64,000 bases of DNA, taken from assembly GCA_965140445.1 (NCBI GenBank), contig OZ223236.1:2528001-2592000 (forward strand). Reading direction: 5' to 3'. This DNA is from Candidatus Ozemobacteraceae bacterium (GTDB lineage Bacteria; Muiribacteriota; Ozemobacteria; Ozemobacterales; Ozemobacteraceae). Positions 1-10,040 of the stretch are shown one piece after another. The notes below the pieces were generated by a model. It did not search any database, was not told the origin of the DNA, and saw only the letters and a list, made by a program, of their open reading frames with translations. How positions within the stretch are numbered: position 1 is the first letter of the stretch; the number at the start of each line of letters is the position of its first letter. The translations under genes were made by a program, and so were the position numbers.

Positions 1-877
1 TAAGGGAAATGGATCTGAGAATCCAGCTTATTCCAATAAACATTACCAGCGAAGAAAGAGTTATGGTGAGCGATCCAACACTTTTTGAACGTGGTGGAGT
101 GAAATCTGAAGGATCGGCAGCACCAGCAGCCTTAGCCCCATTTAAATACATGATTCTCGGTATAAGATGCTTGGGATCGATTTTTAAAACTTCCTGACCA
201 TCAACAGTGAAGCAAAAGTCAAAACTGGATGATGCTAACAGACTGGCAGAAGATGCATTGTAATCGCCAAAAGGATATGCATACCAATTTACAGGCGTAT
301 TTAATTTCTCTTCAATTTCTTTTTTTGCAAAATCGATTTCAGCCAATAGGTCTGTATTTTCAGCAAGTATTTTACTCACCTCTAAGTGTCTTTTTCCATG
401 AAGTCCGATTTTTACTGAATAGCTTGATACTAATTCAGAAATTTCATCCCATGTGAGATATCCAGGTTTTCCAACTTCATCTGTAATGAGGAACAACGCT
501 GAATTTATATTTCTCTTTTCTTTTAATGATTTTATGGCATTGCCGGAGGTTTTTAAACCATCATCAAAGGTGATTAGGAATTTTTTACCTTGATTAGAAT
601 CACTTTTATACCAATTGGCAAATTCTTCAGCTGGGAGTGAAGAAAAACCATTGACTTGAAGGTCATGAATAAAACCTTCAAGCTTTTCCATAGTTAACTC
701 CCATGGATGAGACGGGTCAGGTTTTACCCCGTGAAAAGTTAAAACCAGTAGAATTTCTTTATTGAACTGGCTCAACCCAACATAAAACCCGGCAAAACTT
801 GCTACAATTAACAGAAAGCCGACAATAAGTGTAAAAATATAGGTTTTTCTTATTTTTTTTATTTCCGAGGGATTCAT
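1..877 (-). CDS. Polysaccharide deacetylase (NodB/IcaB-like), N-terminal membrane anchor; 3' end runs off the window
   Basis: Not in ORF track. Hand translation from ATG at 877: MNPSEIKK..TM..LTFHGV..LITFDDG..LHGKRH..WYAYPFG, which are CE4 deacetylase motifs. Confidence 0.8.
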   Translation of the reverse strand, partial: MNPSEIKKIRKTYIFTLIVGFLLIVASFAGFYVGLSQFNKEILLVLTFHGVKPDPSHPWELTMEKLEGFIHDLQVNGFSSLPAEEFANWYKSDSNQGKKFLITFDDGLKTSGNAIKSLKEKRNINSALFLITDEVGKPGYLTWDEISELVSSYSVKIGLHGKRHLEVSKILAENTDLLAEIDFAKKEIEEKLNTPVNWYAYPFGDYNASSASLLASSSFDFCFTVDGQEVLKIDPKHLIPRIMYLNGAKAAGAADPSDFTPPRSKSVGSLTITLSSLVMFIGISWILRSISL

Positions 878-878
878 T

Positions 879-1241
879 TTATTTCTCAAGATCTTTTTTG
901 CAGAAATCTACAAAATCAGAGTTTTTTATCAGGGCACCATCTAAAATGATGTTCACGGTTTTAAAGCGTTTTTTCACATCAGACACGATTTCAGGAATAT
1001 CATTTTCTAAGTGAGACCCGGGAAGAATAAACATTGGTTTTACGTGAATAGTATGGTTTCCATCGCTGCAAAGTTCTTCCAGAACATTCAGTAAATTTGG
1101 TTCACAGAATTGCAAATATGCTATTGCAGCATTTTTTTGTGTTTCAGCAGAAATTGTTTGTACAAATTCTTTTGCTGCCAAATTTGCCGAACTTTTTTTC
1201 GACCCATGGAAAACATATAAAAAGATGGTTTTCTTTTGCAT
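879..1241 (-). CDS. CbiX/SirB-family sirohydrochlorin chelatase (single domain)
   Basis: HGS, AYLQFCEP and PMFILPGSHLENDIP motifs. Confidence 0.8.
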   Translation of the reverse strand: MQKKTIFLYVFHGSKKSSANLAAKEFVQTISAETQKNAAIAYLQFCEPNLLNVLEELCSDGNHTIHVKPMFILPGSHLENDIPEIVSDVKKRFKTVNIILDGALIKNSDFVDFCKKDLEK

Positions 1242-1294
1242 GCTGGAATGATACTTTATTGTAATAGTTTAGTAAACACACAGATGGACAAAAG

Positions 1295-2227
1295 ATGATT
1301 TTAACAGTCACACCCAATCCTCTTCTGGATTATGTATTGCATTGCAAAGAGCCTCCAGCACAAGGGGGGCACCGTGTTAAAGCCATAGATTTTACAATTG
1401 GCGGAAAAGGTATCAACGTTGCAAGAATGCTAAAAACCCTTGGACGTCCAGCTCTGGCTTTAACTTTTACCGGTGGCCCAAATGGAGAAAAAGTTAAGCA
1501 GGGTTTAAAGTCTCAAGGCATTTCATTTAGAAGTGTAGAAACTGAAGCTGAAACAAGATTAGGTATAAACTACGTAGTTGAAGAACCACATACACAAACA
1601 TGGTGGATCGAAGAAGGCCTTGAATTGAGTGAAAGCGAAATTTCATCAATGCTTGAAATGACTAGAGATTCACTTGATAAAACCAGCTTTTTAGCGCTTT
1701 CCGGAACAATTCCCGGAAAAAGAAATCAGGATTTTTATCGTCGCATAATAGAACTTGCCAGCCAATTTCCAGTCGAAATATTTTTAGATGCACGAGGCAA
1801 TGCTCTTAAAGAGGCCTGCAGGGTGGGGGGCTTTTTTCTTAAGCATAACCGGGAAGAGGCCATACAAACCTTCAACATTGATCCGTATGTTCCAGAAATG
1901 ACAGATTCGTTCATTAAAAAGCTTAAGGAATACAGAATAAACGGCTGTCTTGTTACAGATGGTCCAAATAAAGTTCTGTTATGGGATATGAATGATATTT
2001 ATTGGATTGCTCCAGCAAATTCCAGAGAAGTCTCTTCGGTTGGCTGTGGTGATGCTACTCTAGCTGGAATTCTTTTTGGAAGAGCTTCAAATATGAGTTT
2101 ACTGGATTCCATTAAATGGGGCCTTGCTGCTGGAGCTGCAGATGCAGAGTGCCCTGGGCCATGTGCAGCAGAATATGCTGAAATAGAGAAAAGGTTTTTT
2201 CAGATAGAGATTGCTTTTCGGGACTAA
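1295..2227 (+). CDS. 1-phosphofructokinase-family (PfkB) hexose kinase
   Basis: TVTPNPLLD, GGKGINVA and VGCGDA PfkB signatures. Confidence 0.9.
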   Translation: MILTVTPNPLLDYVLHCKEPPAQGGHRVKAIDFTIGGKGINVARMLKTLGRPALALTFTGGPNGEKVKQGLKSQGISFRSVETEAETRLGINYVVEEPHTQTWWIEEGLELSESEISSMLEMTRDSLDKTSFLALSGTIPGKRNQDFYRRIIELASQFPVEIFLDARGNALKEACRVGGFFLKHNREEAIQTFNIDPYVPEMTDSFIKKLKEYRINGCLVTDGPNKVLLWDMNDIYWIAPANSREVSSVGCGDATLAGILFGRASNMSLLDSIKWGLAAGAADAECPGPCAAEYAEIEKRFFQIEIAFRD

Positions 2228-2285
2228 CCGATTTGATTGTTTATCTGTATAATAGATATATAGAGTTATTTTGGGGGTACTGCAA

Positions 2286-5200
2286 ATGAATACCAAGAAA
2301 CATGTTCTCATGCTTAATTTTTTATTATTGGCATGCTTTCTGATGTCTCAGCCCTGTTGGGCATGTTCCGGTTCTGGTCCTGCCGATCCGGTAACAGGAA
2401 TGATAACTTACCCGCCAGAAGCAGGTAAGGGAACTGCAATTCCTAGTACATCCGATCTAGCTGGGACGCCTTTTGAAGGCGGGAAGTTTTATAAGGGATG
2501 GAAAGGCAAGGAAATGAAGTTGATGGTTGTTCCTGTGGGAACAACACTTGCCTTTGAAGGTGTGATCCAATCAACCACAGGATCTGCTCCAGAATATTGG
2601 GAAGAAGGTATTGAAAATGAGCTTAAGGGCACAACTGTTGATGAAGCCCCCAAGCCTACATGGACTATTTCTGGTAATGGTCGTGGAGATTTCAGAGGAA
2701 CTGTTCCTCCGACAGCCGCGGGATTTGATTTTAAAATGTTTGAACAACCCCCAAGTTGTATGATTGTCGATGATACCCCGGCAGTAAAAGCTCTATGGAA
2801 ACTCACATATGACAGGGATTCAGCTATTAGCATGTTGATGGCTGCCTGGAATGACCCTGTTCTGAAATTGTCTATCACTTCAGGAGGCGGGATTCCATCT
2901 GATTTTGATATGGACGAAGTTGTTTCATCTGGTCGTGAACCCATGGCTGATGATGGTGCAAAGGATTTGAATGAATATGAAATTAGTCCTACTGGGTCTG
3001 ATGGAGTAGATGGTTTAAGGGAAGGTCTTGATAGTACTTTAACTCAGAGGTCTGGTACAATTTTTGGAACTTCTGCTCCAATATCCAGAGATTTTGTTGA
3101 TCCCGATGGTAATCCTATCACAGTAACTTATCCCGAACAGGGAAGAATGATTGTTAAGGCTGGTTACATAGCAATGCAGGAGTGGTATCCAAGTGGAAGA
3201 TACAATACCAAATATTATATCACTCCTCCTTCAGCTGAAACTTACGAAGTTGGTAATTCTAAACTTCAGCTTTCTTTTAACACGCCTTCTATTCCTGACT
3301 TCTGGGTTATTGATCTTCATAGCGGATTAGAGTCTTGCAAAGATTGTATTTGGGCCTGGATTGAGCTTGAGGGAATCTTAAAGGCAGAAGGCTCAACTAT
3401 TAGCGATCCAACGGATATGAGAAATTTTTATGAAGTAATTCCTAACACCTATGCTGTAGGCGGTGTTTTTGTTCGTGGCTATTATCAGAGTGGAAACTCT
3501 TCAGCTGGAAGAAATACTAAAACCTATGTAGCTGTTGCCGACACTAGAAGTCCAGCACATTACCGTTGGCTGACATCTGGCTTGCAAGGGGAAACAGGAA
3601 AAACTTTGGGCGAAACAAATAGCGTTGTAAAGTTTAGAGTGTTTGATAATAACCCCGTTATTGGCGCATCATCTTTTAATAGTGTATTTACTGAGCCAGA
3701 TCTGGAAGGCCTTTCTGCTTTCCAATTTGTTCCTGCTACTTTAAAGCCAGTAATTGGTGCAACTTCTATCGGAGAAGTTTTTACAAAGTATCTTGCACCA
3801 TTTCAAGATGCGACAACAGAATTTCCAAGGGAGCTTCTTAAGCCAGAACTTTACTATTCATATTGTTCTCCTGCTTACGCTAGCTTGAAGGTTAAATCTG
3901 GCGCACAAAAAGAATACCCTGGTCCCATCCCAATTGTTAATGATAGAGTTGTTTACCCTCTTCAACGATTCCTCTGGACTAAGGTCGATTCAGATAGTAT
4001 TACAGTAGATAATTTTAAAATGTACACTCCAGATGGTAATACATGTACATCTTTGGGTGATCTTCTTGATATGCCAAACTGGAAGGGCTACAGCTCCTAT
4101 GACGTTACGGTCAATATGACTACAGGGGCAAAAGAACCAATGGGATTTGGCTATTCAGATAAATCTAAGGGTTATGCAATTTCTTTGAACGATCTAGAGT
4201 TAGAAACCCCCGCAACTTCTAAGTTAGCCGATGGGGTCCCTGTTGCTGATGGAAAAATCAGATTTTGGGGCTGGGAAGACAAGGGAGTGAAAATGTTTGG
4301 GGCGGCCGGAGATGGCGTTAATCAATCGCCAAGGGCAAGTTCTGTTGAAAAGATAATTAACTCGAAATTTGCCGCAATGCCAAGACCTATCTCCGAGCCC
4401 AAAAAGGTCGATTATGTGTGTTTCTCAGAAGAGCCAACAACATTTAACCATTTGTTATCTGGACAAACTTTAACCACAATCTGTATGGGTGATGTGTTAG
4501 GAAATGCCTGCAACTATCCTCCTTCAATCCCTCCAGCAGAGCTTCCAATAGATTTTGCCTGGGGAAAATTCCAATATATCTCTTCGTTAGAAGATAAAGG
4601 TAAACCAAATATTGCTCTTGAAGTTCTTAACTCCAAGAATGAGAAGCGTGTAATTTATGGAAACCTTTATGCAGATGGAGAGCATGAGAAAATTTGTGAA
4701 GCGCTAACTGGTGCTGGAGCATCAAATTGGGTTGGCCTTGTTGGATCAAATTCTGAATCTGTTGCTTATACCTCTGCTGCAGCATACGATTCTAACGATT
4801 TTTGGGAATTTAAAGATAAGGTTGATGATGATCTGTATATGGCAATGAAATCCAATATGGATGAGGGAAAATTTCAGCCTTGGTTGTTTGCTTTCCCAGC
4901 GGCCTTTAATAATAACAAGATTTGGCCAAAAGGTTATTGGAACGGGGTTGATACCTATAATTCAGATCGTCTTGCTTTCCACCAAGGATCTAGCGATCGT
5001 CTTGTTTTCAGATACTGGACATGGGATAACATTAATATGCTTTATCCTGGTCATACCAATTTTCCTTGTGGAGTTAAAGAGCTTCCAGGTGATGGTGCAG
5101 CAGCAATGTATTCGAATTCAAGGTTTAAAAATGTGATTGGATTTCAAACCTGTGGTGTTAAGCTCATTGACAGACCAGGTAACAATGGCGAGGTTTTGAA

Positions 5201-5402
5201 TAACAAAAAAGTCTGGTGGCCAGATTACATTTTTCATAATCCTTCAAGCGGCGATACACAGGAATGTTCTTTGCAGTTAACCTGTGAGGATGAAAGTGGA
5301 AATGAAAGAAAGCTTAAGCTTTGGTTCAATGTTATTGCACCGAAAAAAGAAATGATCAGGACTCTTGAAGATAAGAGAAACAGGCTCGATAGAAGAGATT
5401 AA
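2286..5402 (+). CDS. Large secreted hypothetical protein (~1040 aa)
   Basis: Long ORF with signal-peptide-like N-terminus (MNTKKHVLMLNFLLLACFLMSQPCWA); no recognised domain. Confidence 0.75.
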   Translation: MNTKKHVLMLNFLLLACFLMSQPCWACSGSGPADPVTGMITYPPEAGKGTAIPSTSDLAGTPFEGGKFYKGWKGKEMKLMVVPVGTTLAFEGVIQSTTGSAPEYWEEGIENELKGTTVDEAPKPTWTISGNGRGDFRGTVPPTAAGFDFKMFEQPPSCMIVDDTPAVKALWKLTYDRDSAISMLMAAWNDPVLKLSITSGGGIPSDFDMDEVVSSGREPMADDGAKDLNEYEISPTGSDGVDGLREGLDSTLTQRSGTIFGTSAPISRDFVDPDGNPITVTYPEQGRMIVKAGYIAMQEWYPSGRYNTKYYITPPSAETYEVGNSKLQLSFNTPSIPDFWVIDLHSGLESCKDCIWAWIELEGILKAEGSTISDPTDMRNFYEVIPNTYAVGGVFVRGYYQSGNSSAGRNTKTYVAVADTRSPAHYRWLTSGLQGETGKTLGETNSVVKFRVFDNNPVIGASSFNSVFTEPDLEGLSAFQFVPATLKPVIGATSIGEVFTKYLAPFQDATTEFPRELLKPELYYSYCSPAYASLKVKSGAQKEYPGPIPIVNDRVVYPLQRFLWTKVDSDSITVDNFKMYTPDGNTCTSLGDLLDMPNWKGYSSYDVTVNMTTGAKEPMGFGYSDKSKGYAISLNDLELETPATSKLADGVPVADGKIRFWGWEDKGVKMFGAAGDGVNQSPRASSVEKIINSKFAAMPRPISEPKKVDYVCFSEEPTTFNHLLSGQTLTTICMGDVLGNACNYPPSIPPAELPIDFAWGKFQYISSLEDKGKPNIALEVLNSKNEKRVIYGNLYADGEHEKICEALTGAGASNWVGLVGSNSESVAYTSAAAYDSNDFWEFKDKVDDDLYMAMKSNMDEGKFQPWLFAFPAAFNNNKIWPKGYWNGVDTYNSDRLAFHQGSSDRLVFRYWTWDNINMLYPGHTNFPCGVKELPGDGAAAMYSNSRFKNVIGFQTCGVKLIDRPGNNGEVLNNKKVWWPDYIFHNPSSGDTQECSLQLTCEDESGNERKLKLWFNVIAPKKEMIRTLEDKRNRLDRRD

Positions 5403-5421
5403 TCGGCCGGTAGTAAAAAAT

Positions 5422-5462
5422 AAAAAAGCCTCTGCACGTTATAAAGTGCAGAGGCTTTTTTT
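5422..5462. terminator. Intrinsic terminator, probably bidirectional
   Basis: aaaaaagcctctgcac-loop-gtgcagaggctttttt. Confidence 0.85.
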
Positions 5463-5661
5463 ATGACATTCGTATCATCTACAATTTTGTTGAGCTTTTA
5501 TAATTGTGTTGTAATTTTGTTAGTTTGGATATTGCTAAAAATAATTGCCTAAGGGAAATTTTAAAAGGGGCATTGTGCCATTTGAAAAGCTTTTCTTATC
5601 AAGATCTTGGCATGCGTTTAATTAATAAATATTTTGAAAAGGAAATAAGGCAAAACAAGGC

Positions 5662-5703
5662 AAAAAAAGCTCCCCCAATCCCTAGAGGAGTGGGGGAGCT
5701 TTT
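5662..5703 (-). terminator. Intrinsic terminator of the minus-strand pilin/TPR operon
   Basis: aaaagctccccca...tgggggagctttt stem preceded by an A run. Confidence 0.75.
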
Positions 5704-5707
5704 GCTT

Positions 5708-6922
5708 TTATTCCAGATGCTGTGTTCCGGTTTTCATAAAATATTCACGAACTTCTTTCGCGCGTTGATCATTAGCAGGATTTAATTGAATAATTTTACT
5801 ACGGGCTTCTTTAGCCATTTGGGAACTGGGATAACTTTGCATTATTTTCCGGTATAAATTGATGGCACTTTTTTCCGAGCCTTTTTGCTTTCCGTAAAGG
5901 TCTCCTAATACCATTAACTTGCTGGGATCCGGGTTTTTCATGTCTACTGTTCTGGAGATCAAACTGATTGCTTTGGATGGGTTGCTTTCCATTTCAGCCA
6001 AGCCTTCCTGATAAATTTGTTCAGGATCCATTCCTTCGTATGGGTCAACCCATTTTGATTTAAACGAAACAGGTTTTTCTTCGCTATTAACGGTAGCGAT
6101 TTTAGTTTGGGCAGAGTTTGTTCTGGCTATTGAGGGAGCGGCTTGTGGTATGATCGTAGTTGGTTTTTTCTGAATGGGCTTGATTTTTGAAGTGGTTTTT
6201 GTTGCAGCTGGGGCTTCAAGAAGGCTGGTAATTTCCTTCAATCTGGCTTTGGCCATATCAATTTTTTTATGCTCTGGATTTTCTTTTACAAAGCTTTGCA
6301 AATAAGACTTAGCTAATTTGTATTCTCCAATGTAAAAATTTAAAAAACCAAGATACATGCTGGATTCTGGAGTTTTGGGATTTTGCTTTCCAAAATAAGT
6401 GAGTCCTGCTTGGAAAATTTTCTCAAGATCCTGGGCTAATAAATCTCTGTCAGCTTCTATTGCTTCGATAAAAAGATCGAAGCCTTCGATTTCCTGGTTG
6501 AATTTAATTTTATATCTGGCTTTTTGTAGCAGCGCAAGCGCTTCGCTTTTCTCTTTTGGAAGGCCAGCTACAGAGGTTTGAGACTTAATTATTTGCTCAA
6601 GCCTCCCAATCCTTGTAGAAAGTCCAGGAATCCCAATCTTTAGGTCTCTAGCTCTGTAAAGAGCTTTTAAGGCTTTTTCATAGCTGTCGGTTGCTTCAAA
6701 AACATAGCCAAGGGCAAGCCAAAGCCTATAGGAGGTTCTATCTACTTTAAGTGAACGAATTAATAGTTTTTGAGCATCTTCATATTTTTGTTTTTTCATT
6801 AAATCCTGAGTGTGTTTCAGGACTGATGAAACGTCCAAAGCTTGGGCGAAAATATTGCTTGAAGAAAAAACAAAACCAATTAGTAAAAAAAGAATGGAAA
6901 AAGCTTTTCGCATAGAAATCAT
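5708..6922 (-). CDS. Secreted TPR-repeat protein
   Basis: Signal peptide plus helical TPR-like repeats (LWLALGYVFEATDSYEKA). Confidence 0.75.
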   Translation of the reverse strand: MISMRKAFSILFLLIGFVFSSSNIFAQALDVSSVLKHTQDLMKKQKYEDAQKLLIRSLKVDRTSYRLWLALGYVFEATDSYEKALKALYRARDLKIGIPGLSTRIGRLEQIIKSQTSVAGLPKEKSEALALLQKARYKIKFNQEIEGFDLFIEAIEADRDLLAQDLEKIFQAGLTYFGKQNPKTPESSMYLGFLNFYIGEYKLAKSYLQSFVKENPEHKKIDMAKARLKEITSLLEAPAATKTTSKIKPIQKKPTTIIPQAAPSIARTNSAQTKIATVNSEEKPVSFKSKWVDPYEGMDPEQIYQEGLAEMESNPSKAISLISRTVDMKNPDPSKLMVLGDLYGKQKGSEKSAINLYRKIMQSYPSSQMAKEARSKIIQLNPANDQRAKEVREYFMKTGTQHLE

Positions 6923-6925
6923 CCC

Positions 6926-7522
6926 CTATTTAATAATTCTCTGTAATTCGATTTTTTTGGTGACGCGCTCATGTCTTCCAAGCTTGCTTACTCTGGGGTC
7001 AAAAGCGGTTCCTTCTGCGGTTATCATTGCAACTTCTTTAACTGAACCATCGGTGTCGGAAGTGTAATAGGTTGTCACTTCAATATTTTTAACTTCATAT
7101 CCCCATTTAAATTCTGGGTCGTCAAGCATTTTGTAATCATCTCCGCCGTCATTCATTGCATCAAGGGGCAGGTAATTTGAGTTTAAGTCAAAAAGAAAAT
7201 GTTGCATCGGGATTTCAGACTTTTTTGCACCACTTAAATCAGTTGCAACAAGATTGTCCCCGTATGGATTAAAAAATGGGCAAATTCCTTTTTTTACGCT
7301 TCCTGCATCATAGGCCTCTCTATGCAATAGTCTTACTTTTAAAAGGGCATGCTGAATTCCCGCCATAGCCATGTAATGAGCCTGCTTTTGATTCATATTA
7401 GAAAGCCCTTGCCGTCTTGTTTCTTTGCGGCTATAGGTTAAAGAGAATACGAAAACTGAAGCTATCAAAAGAAATAGCATTACAACCGGGATAACCATTC
7501 CTCTTTTCAGGTTAATTTTCAT
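6926..7522 (-). CDS. PilX/GspK-like minor pilin or pseudopilin
   Basis: KRG|MVIPVVM hydrophobic N-terminus without Glu5, then QAHYMAMAGIQHA; overlaps upstream pilin. Confidence 0.65.
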   Translation of the reverse strand: MKINLKRGMVIPVVMLFLLIASVFVFSLTYSRKETRRQGLSNMNQKQAHYMAMAGIQHALLKVRLLHREAYDAGSVKKGICPFFNPYGDNLVATDLSGAKKSEIPMQHFLFDLNSNYLPLDAMNDGGDDYKMLDDPEFKWGYEVKNIEVTTYYTSDTDGSVKEVAMITAEGTAFDPRVSKLGRHERVTKKIELQRIIK

Positions 7523-8076
7523 AATCTGGCCTTTCTTGAATACAAGATTATTGGTCTTTTTCCCCAGTTTGAATCAGCAGTTCCAGTTGGTTTATAGTCT
7601 ACAATTAACTTTATATCGCAAAGATCGAAACTATTTCCTGCACCTATTGAGTAAGCATCAATGGTTTCCTTGTCCAGAAGTCGAAGATCTTTGTCCTCTG
7701 GAACCACTTGAGTCGCATCCAAAGTGTTTTTTTCAACACCATTCGGGCATGGCGGATGATACATTATTTTGGGGGCTCTTATGTTTGTCCATGGTATTTC
7801 TCGGACGTAGACCATATATCTGATGTCTGTGTCGCCTCTGGTAATATTAACCCATGCAGTATCACTGGCAATGTTTCCAGGGTTATATTCCATTTTCATA
7901 AGTATATGATCCATAAGATCGCAGGCGTATTGCATGGCTTCTGTTTCTGCTCTGTCAAACTTTGTTCCACTTGACTGGGAAGAAATCATTCTGCTAAGCG
8001 GAACAATACAAACAGCCATAATTAGCACGCCAAGCATTATTTCGACAAAGGTAACGCCACTTTTGGTAGAAGTCAT
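7519..8076 (-). CDS. Prepilin-type N-terminal cleavage/methylation protein
   Basis: KSG|VTFVEIMLGVLI class III signal peptide. Confidence 0.8.
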   Translation of the reverse strand: MTSTKSGVTFVEIMLGVLIMAVCIVPLSRMISSQSSGTKFDRAETEAMQYACDLMDHILMKMEYNPGNIASDTAWVNITRGDTDIRYMVYVREIPWTNIRAPKIMYHPPCPNGVEKNTLDATQVVPEDKDLRLLDKETIDAYSIGAGNSFDLCDIKLIVDYKPTGTADSNWGKRPIILYSRKARL

Positions 8077-8771
8077 GGCATTCCCCCTTTCTTAACAGGG
8101 ACTTCAAATGGAGCCTCCATGGTCTCTGTTACTGAAGTTTTTGGGTATTTGGGATGGTTTGCTGTAACCTTTATTATGACGAAATTTCTATTTCCAACTG
8201 ACAATTCATCTGGATCAGCTACTTCTCTGAGGTTTATTTCTATTTTTGATGGATTATCCGCTAATACCTGGGTTAGTTCTTGCGTTTTAGTTGCAACCCC
8301 GGCTGGTTGAGAGTCAATGATTCTGCGATAAATAAGCTTTTTACTTTCAATAAAAAGAGCGCCTGAAACCACTTCGGGGGGCACGTCTGCTTCACCCGGG
8401 AGACCACTTTTGCCCGTTTGGCTGATAAAAAAGTGTAAAACTTTCTCGTCTCCTGCATCAAACCCTTTTGAAAAAGGAATGCTAGAGGGTACATAAAGAA
8501 ATTTTTCTCTGTCTCCATTGCCAGTATCAAATTCACTTGTTCCCTTTTGAGAAACAACTTCTGGTTTGGAAGCTTTGGTAATTTCACCTCGGAGAAGCAT
8601 TAAGCCATTTCTAAGATGGTTCGTTGTAGAAATTGTCCAGGCTCCAACTTCTCTTGACCTTGCAAAGGCTGAAAATAGTTGATAAACGCCAGTAAAAAGC
8701 ATGGCCATGATCGTAGAACCGATAAGCAGTTCAACGACAGTGAATCCTTTTTGTCGAAATACGCTCAACAT
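8073..8771 (-). CDS. Prepilin-type N-terminal cleavage/methylation protein (PilW/GspJ-like)
   Basis: QKG|FTVVELLIG class III signal peptide. Confidence 0.85.
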   Translation of the reverse strand: MLSVFRQKGFTVVELLIGSTIMAMLFTGVYQLFSAFARSREVGAWTISTTNHLRNGLMLLRGEITKASKPEVVSQKGTSEFDTGNGDREKFLYVPSSIPFSKGFDAGDEKVLHFFISQTGKSGLPGEADVPPEVVSGALFIESKKLIYRRIIDSQPAGVATKTQELTQVLADNPSKIEINLREVADPDELSVGNRNFVIIKVTANHPKYPKTSVTETMEAPFEVPVKKGGMP

Positions 8772-8909
8772 TTATTTCCCCAATCTTTCTCTACTATATA
8801 ACTAAGTATAGTATATTTTTCTGTGATTTACATGAAGTTGATGGAAAACAAATAAAAAAAGCTGTCTTTTCAACAAATAATGTTTGAAAAGACAGCCTTT
8901 AAATTCGTT

Positions 8910-9932
8910 TTATAACCCTTTTTCTTTCATGTAGTCTTCCATGGTTTTTCCTTCTTTTTCAAGCTTTTTCTTAAGCTCATCCTGCCCAGGAAGTTCTCCA
9001 CGTTTTTGTTTTTCAATGATTGTAGCCTTGATTTCTTCCAATACAGCTTCTCTGTCTTCGTCACTAGTAGCGTCTTCAAGTTTGGCTCTTGCATCTGAAA
9101 TCATATCGTCAATTTTTTGTCGGTCTTCATCGTTAATTTTCTGACTTCCGCTGCCTATAAGCTCTTCAAGGTCTCTTTGTGTGAATTCGCCTGCTTCAAT
9201 TGTATCAAGAAGCTTCTCTTTATTTGAACGGTTTAAATAGTCAAATTTGTGGGTGATAACAAACTCTTCATTTGGATCTTCAACGTAATCCAATGCACGC
9301 ATGTAAACTTCTGCTGCCTTGTCTTTTTTGTTAGATATTTCATATAAAAAAGCAAGCTGTAGCATTGGTTCTTTTTTCCATTCGCTACCTTCAAAAGATG
9401 CTTTTAAAGCACCTTCATAAATGGATATTGCAGATTCCAGCAATTTAAAGTTTTTATATCTGAGTGGAGGGTTAAGCCGGAAGGCTTGAAAAAGGGTAAC
9501 TGCAAGCTTAACTTTTTGAGGGCTGGCTTGATTTTTCTGGTAGACATCAAACTTCTCTTTACCAGAAGAGTTGAAGTCTTCCTGGAGGTTTTTTATTTTC
9601 TTTTTGGAGGATTTTAGCTTACTGTTGTATTCTTCGCCTTTGTCTGGTGATGGGCGTGATCTTGAAACTATTTCAAGATTGTTTTTGGCTTCAATAAATT
9701 CATTCCTTTTGTATTGCACCTGTCCAAGAATGTAACGATAAATTGCATTATCAGGTTCGAGCTTTAATGCTTCGATTAGATTTTGCTCAGCTGTCTCTAA
9801 TTCTTTTGCCATAAAGGCGGCTTCAGCTTTTTTAAAAAATGCTTCTGCTTCAGGATTTAATTCTGCACACCAAATTCCCATAGGAAATATAAGTAAGCAG
9901 GACAATGCAAAAACCAAAATTGACTTTTTCAT
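8910..9932 (-). CDS. Secreted TPR-repeat protein
   Basis: Signal peptide; ALKLEPDNAIYRYILGQV TPR motif. Confidence 0.8.
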   Translation of the reverse strand: MKKSILVFALSCLLIFPMGIWCAELNPEAEAFFKKAEAAFMAKELETAEQNLIEALKLEPDNAIYRYILGQVQYKRNEFIEAKNNLEIVSRSRPSPDKGEEYNSKLKSSKKKIKNLQEDFNSSGKEKFDVYQKNQASPQKVKLAVTLFQAFRLNPPLRYKNFKLLESAISIYEGALKASFEGSEWKKEPMLQLAFLYEISNKKDKAAEVYMRALDYVEDPNEEFVITHKFDYLNRSNKEKLLDTIEAGEFTQRDLEELIGSGSQKINDEDRQKIDDMISDARAKLEDATSDEDREAVLEEIKATIIEKQKRGELPGQDELKKKLEKEGKTMEDYMKEKGL

Positions 9933-10040
9933 GCTTTCCTCTGCTATATTGACTTAGTTACTTTAATCATATCAGATTAGATTTCAATTGTCATTATACT
10001 GTGGTTGTTGCTCAATGTCATTGGTCAGGAAATTTTTTAG

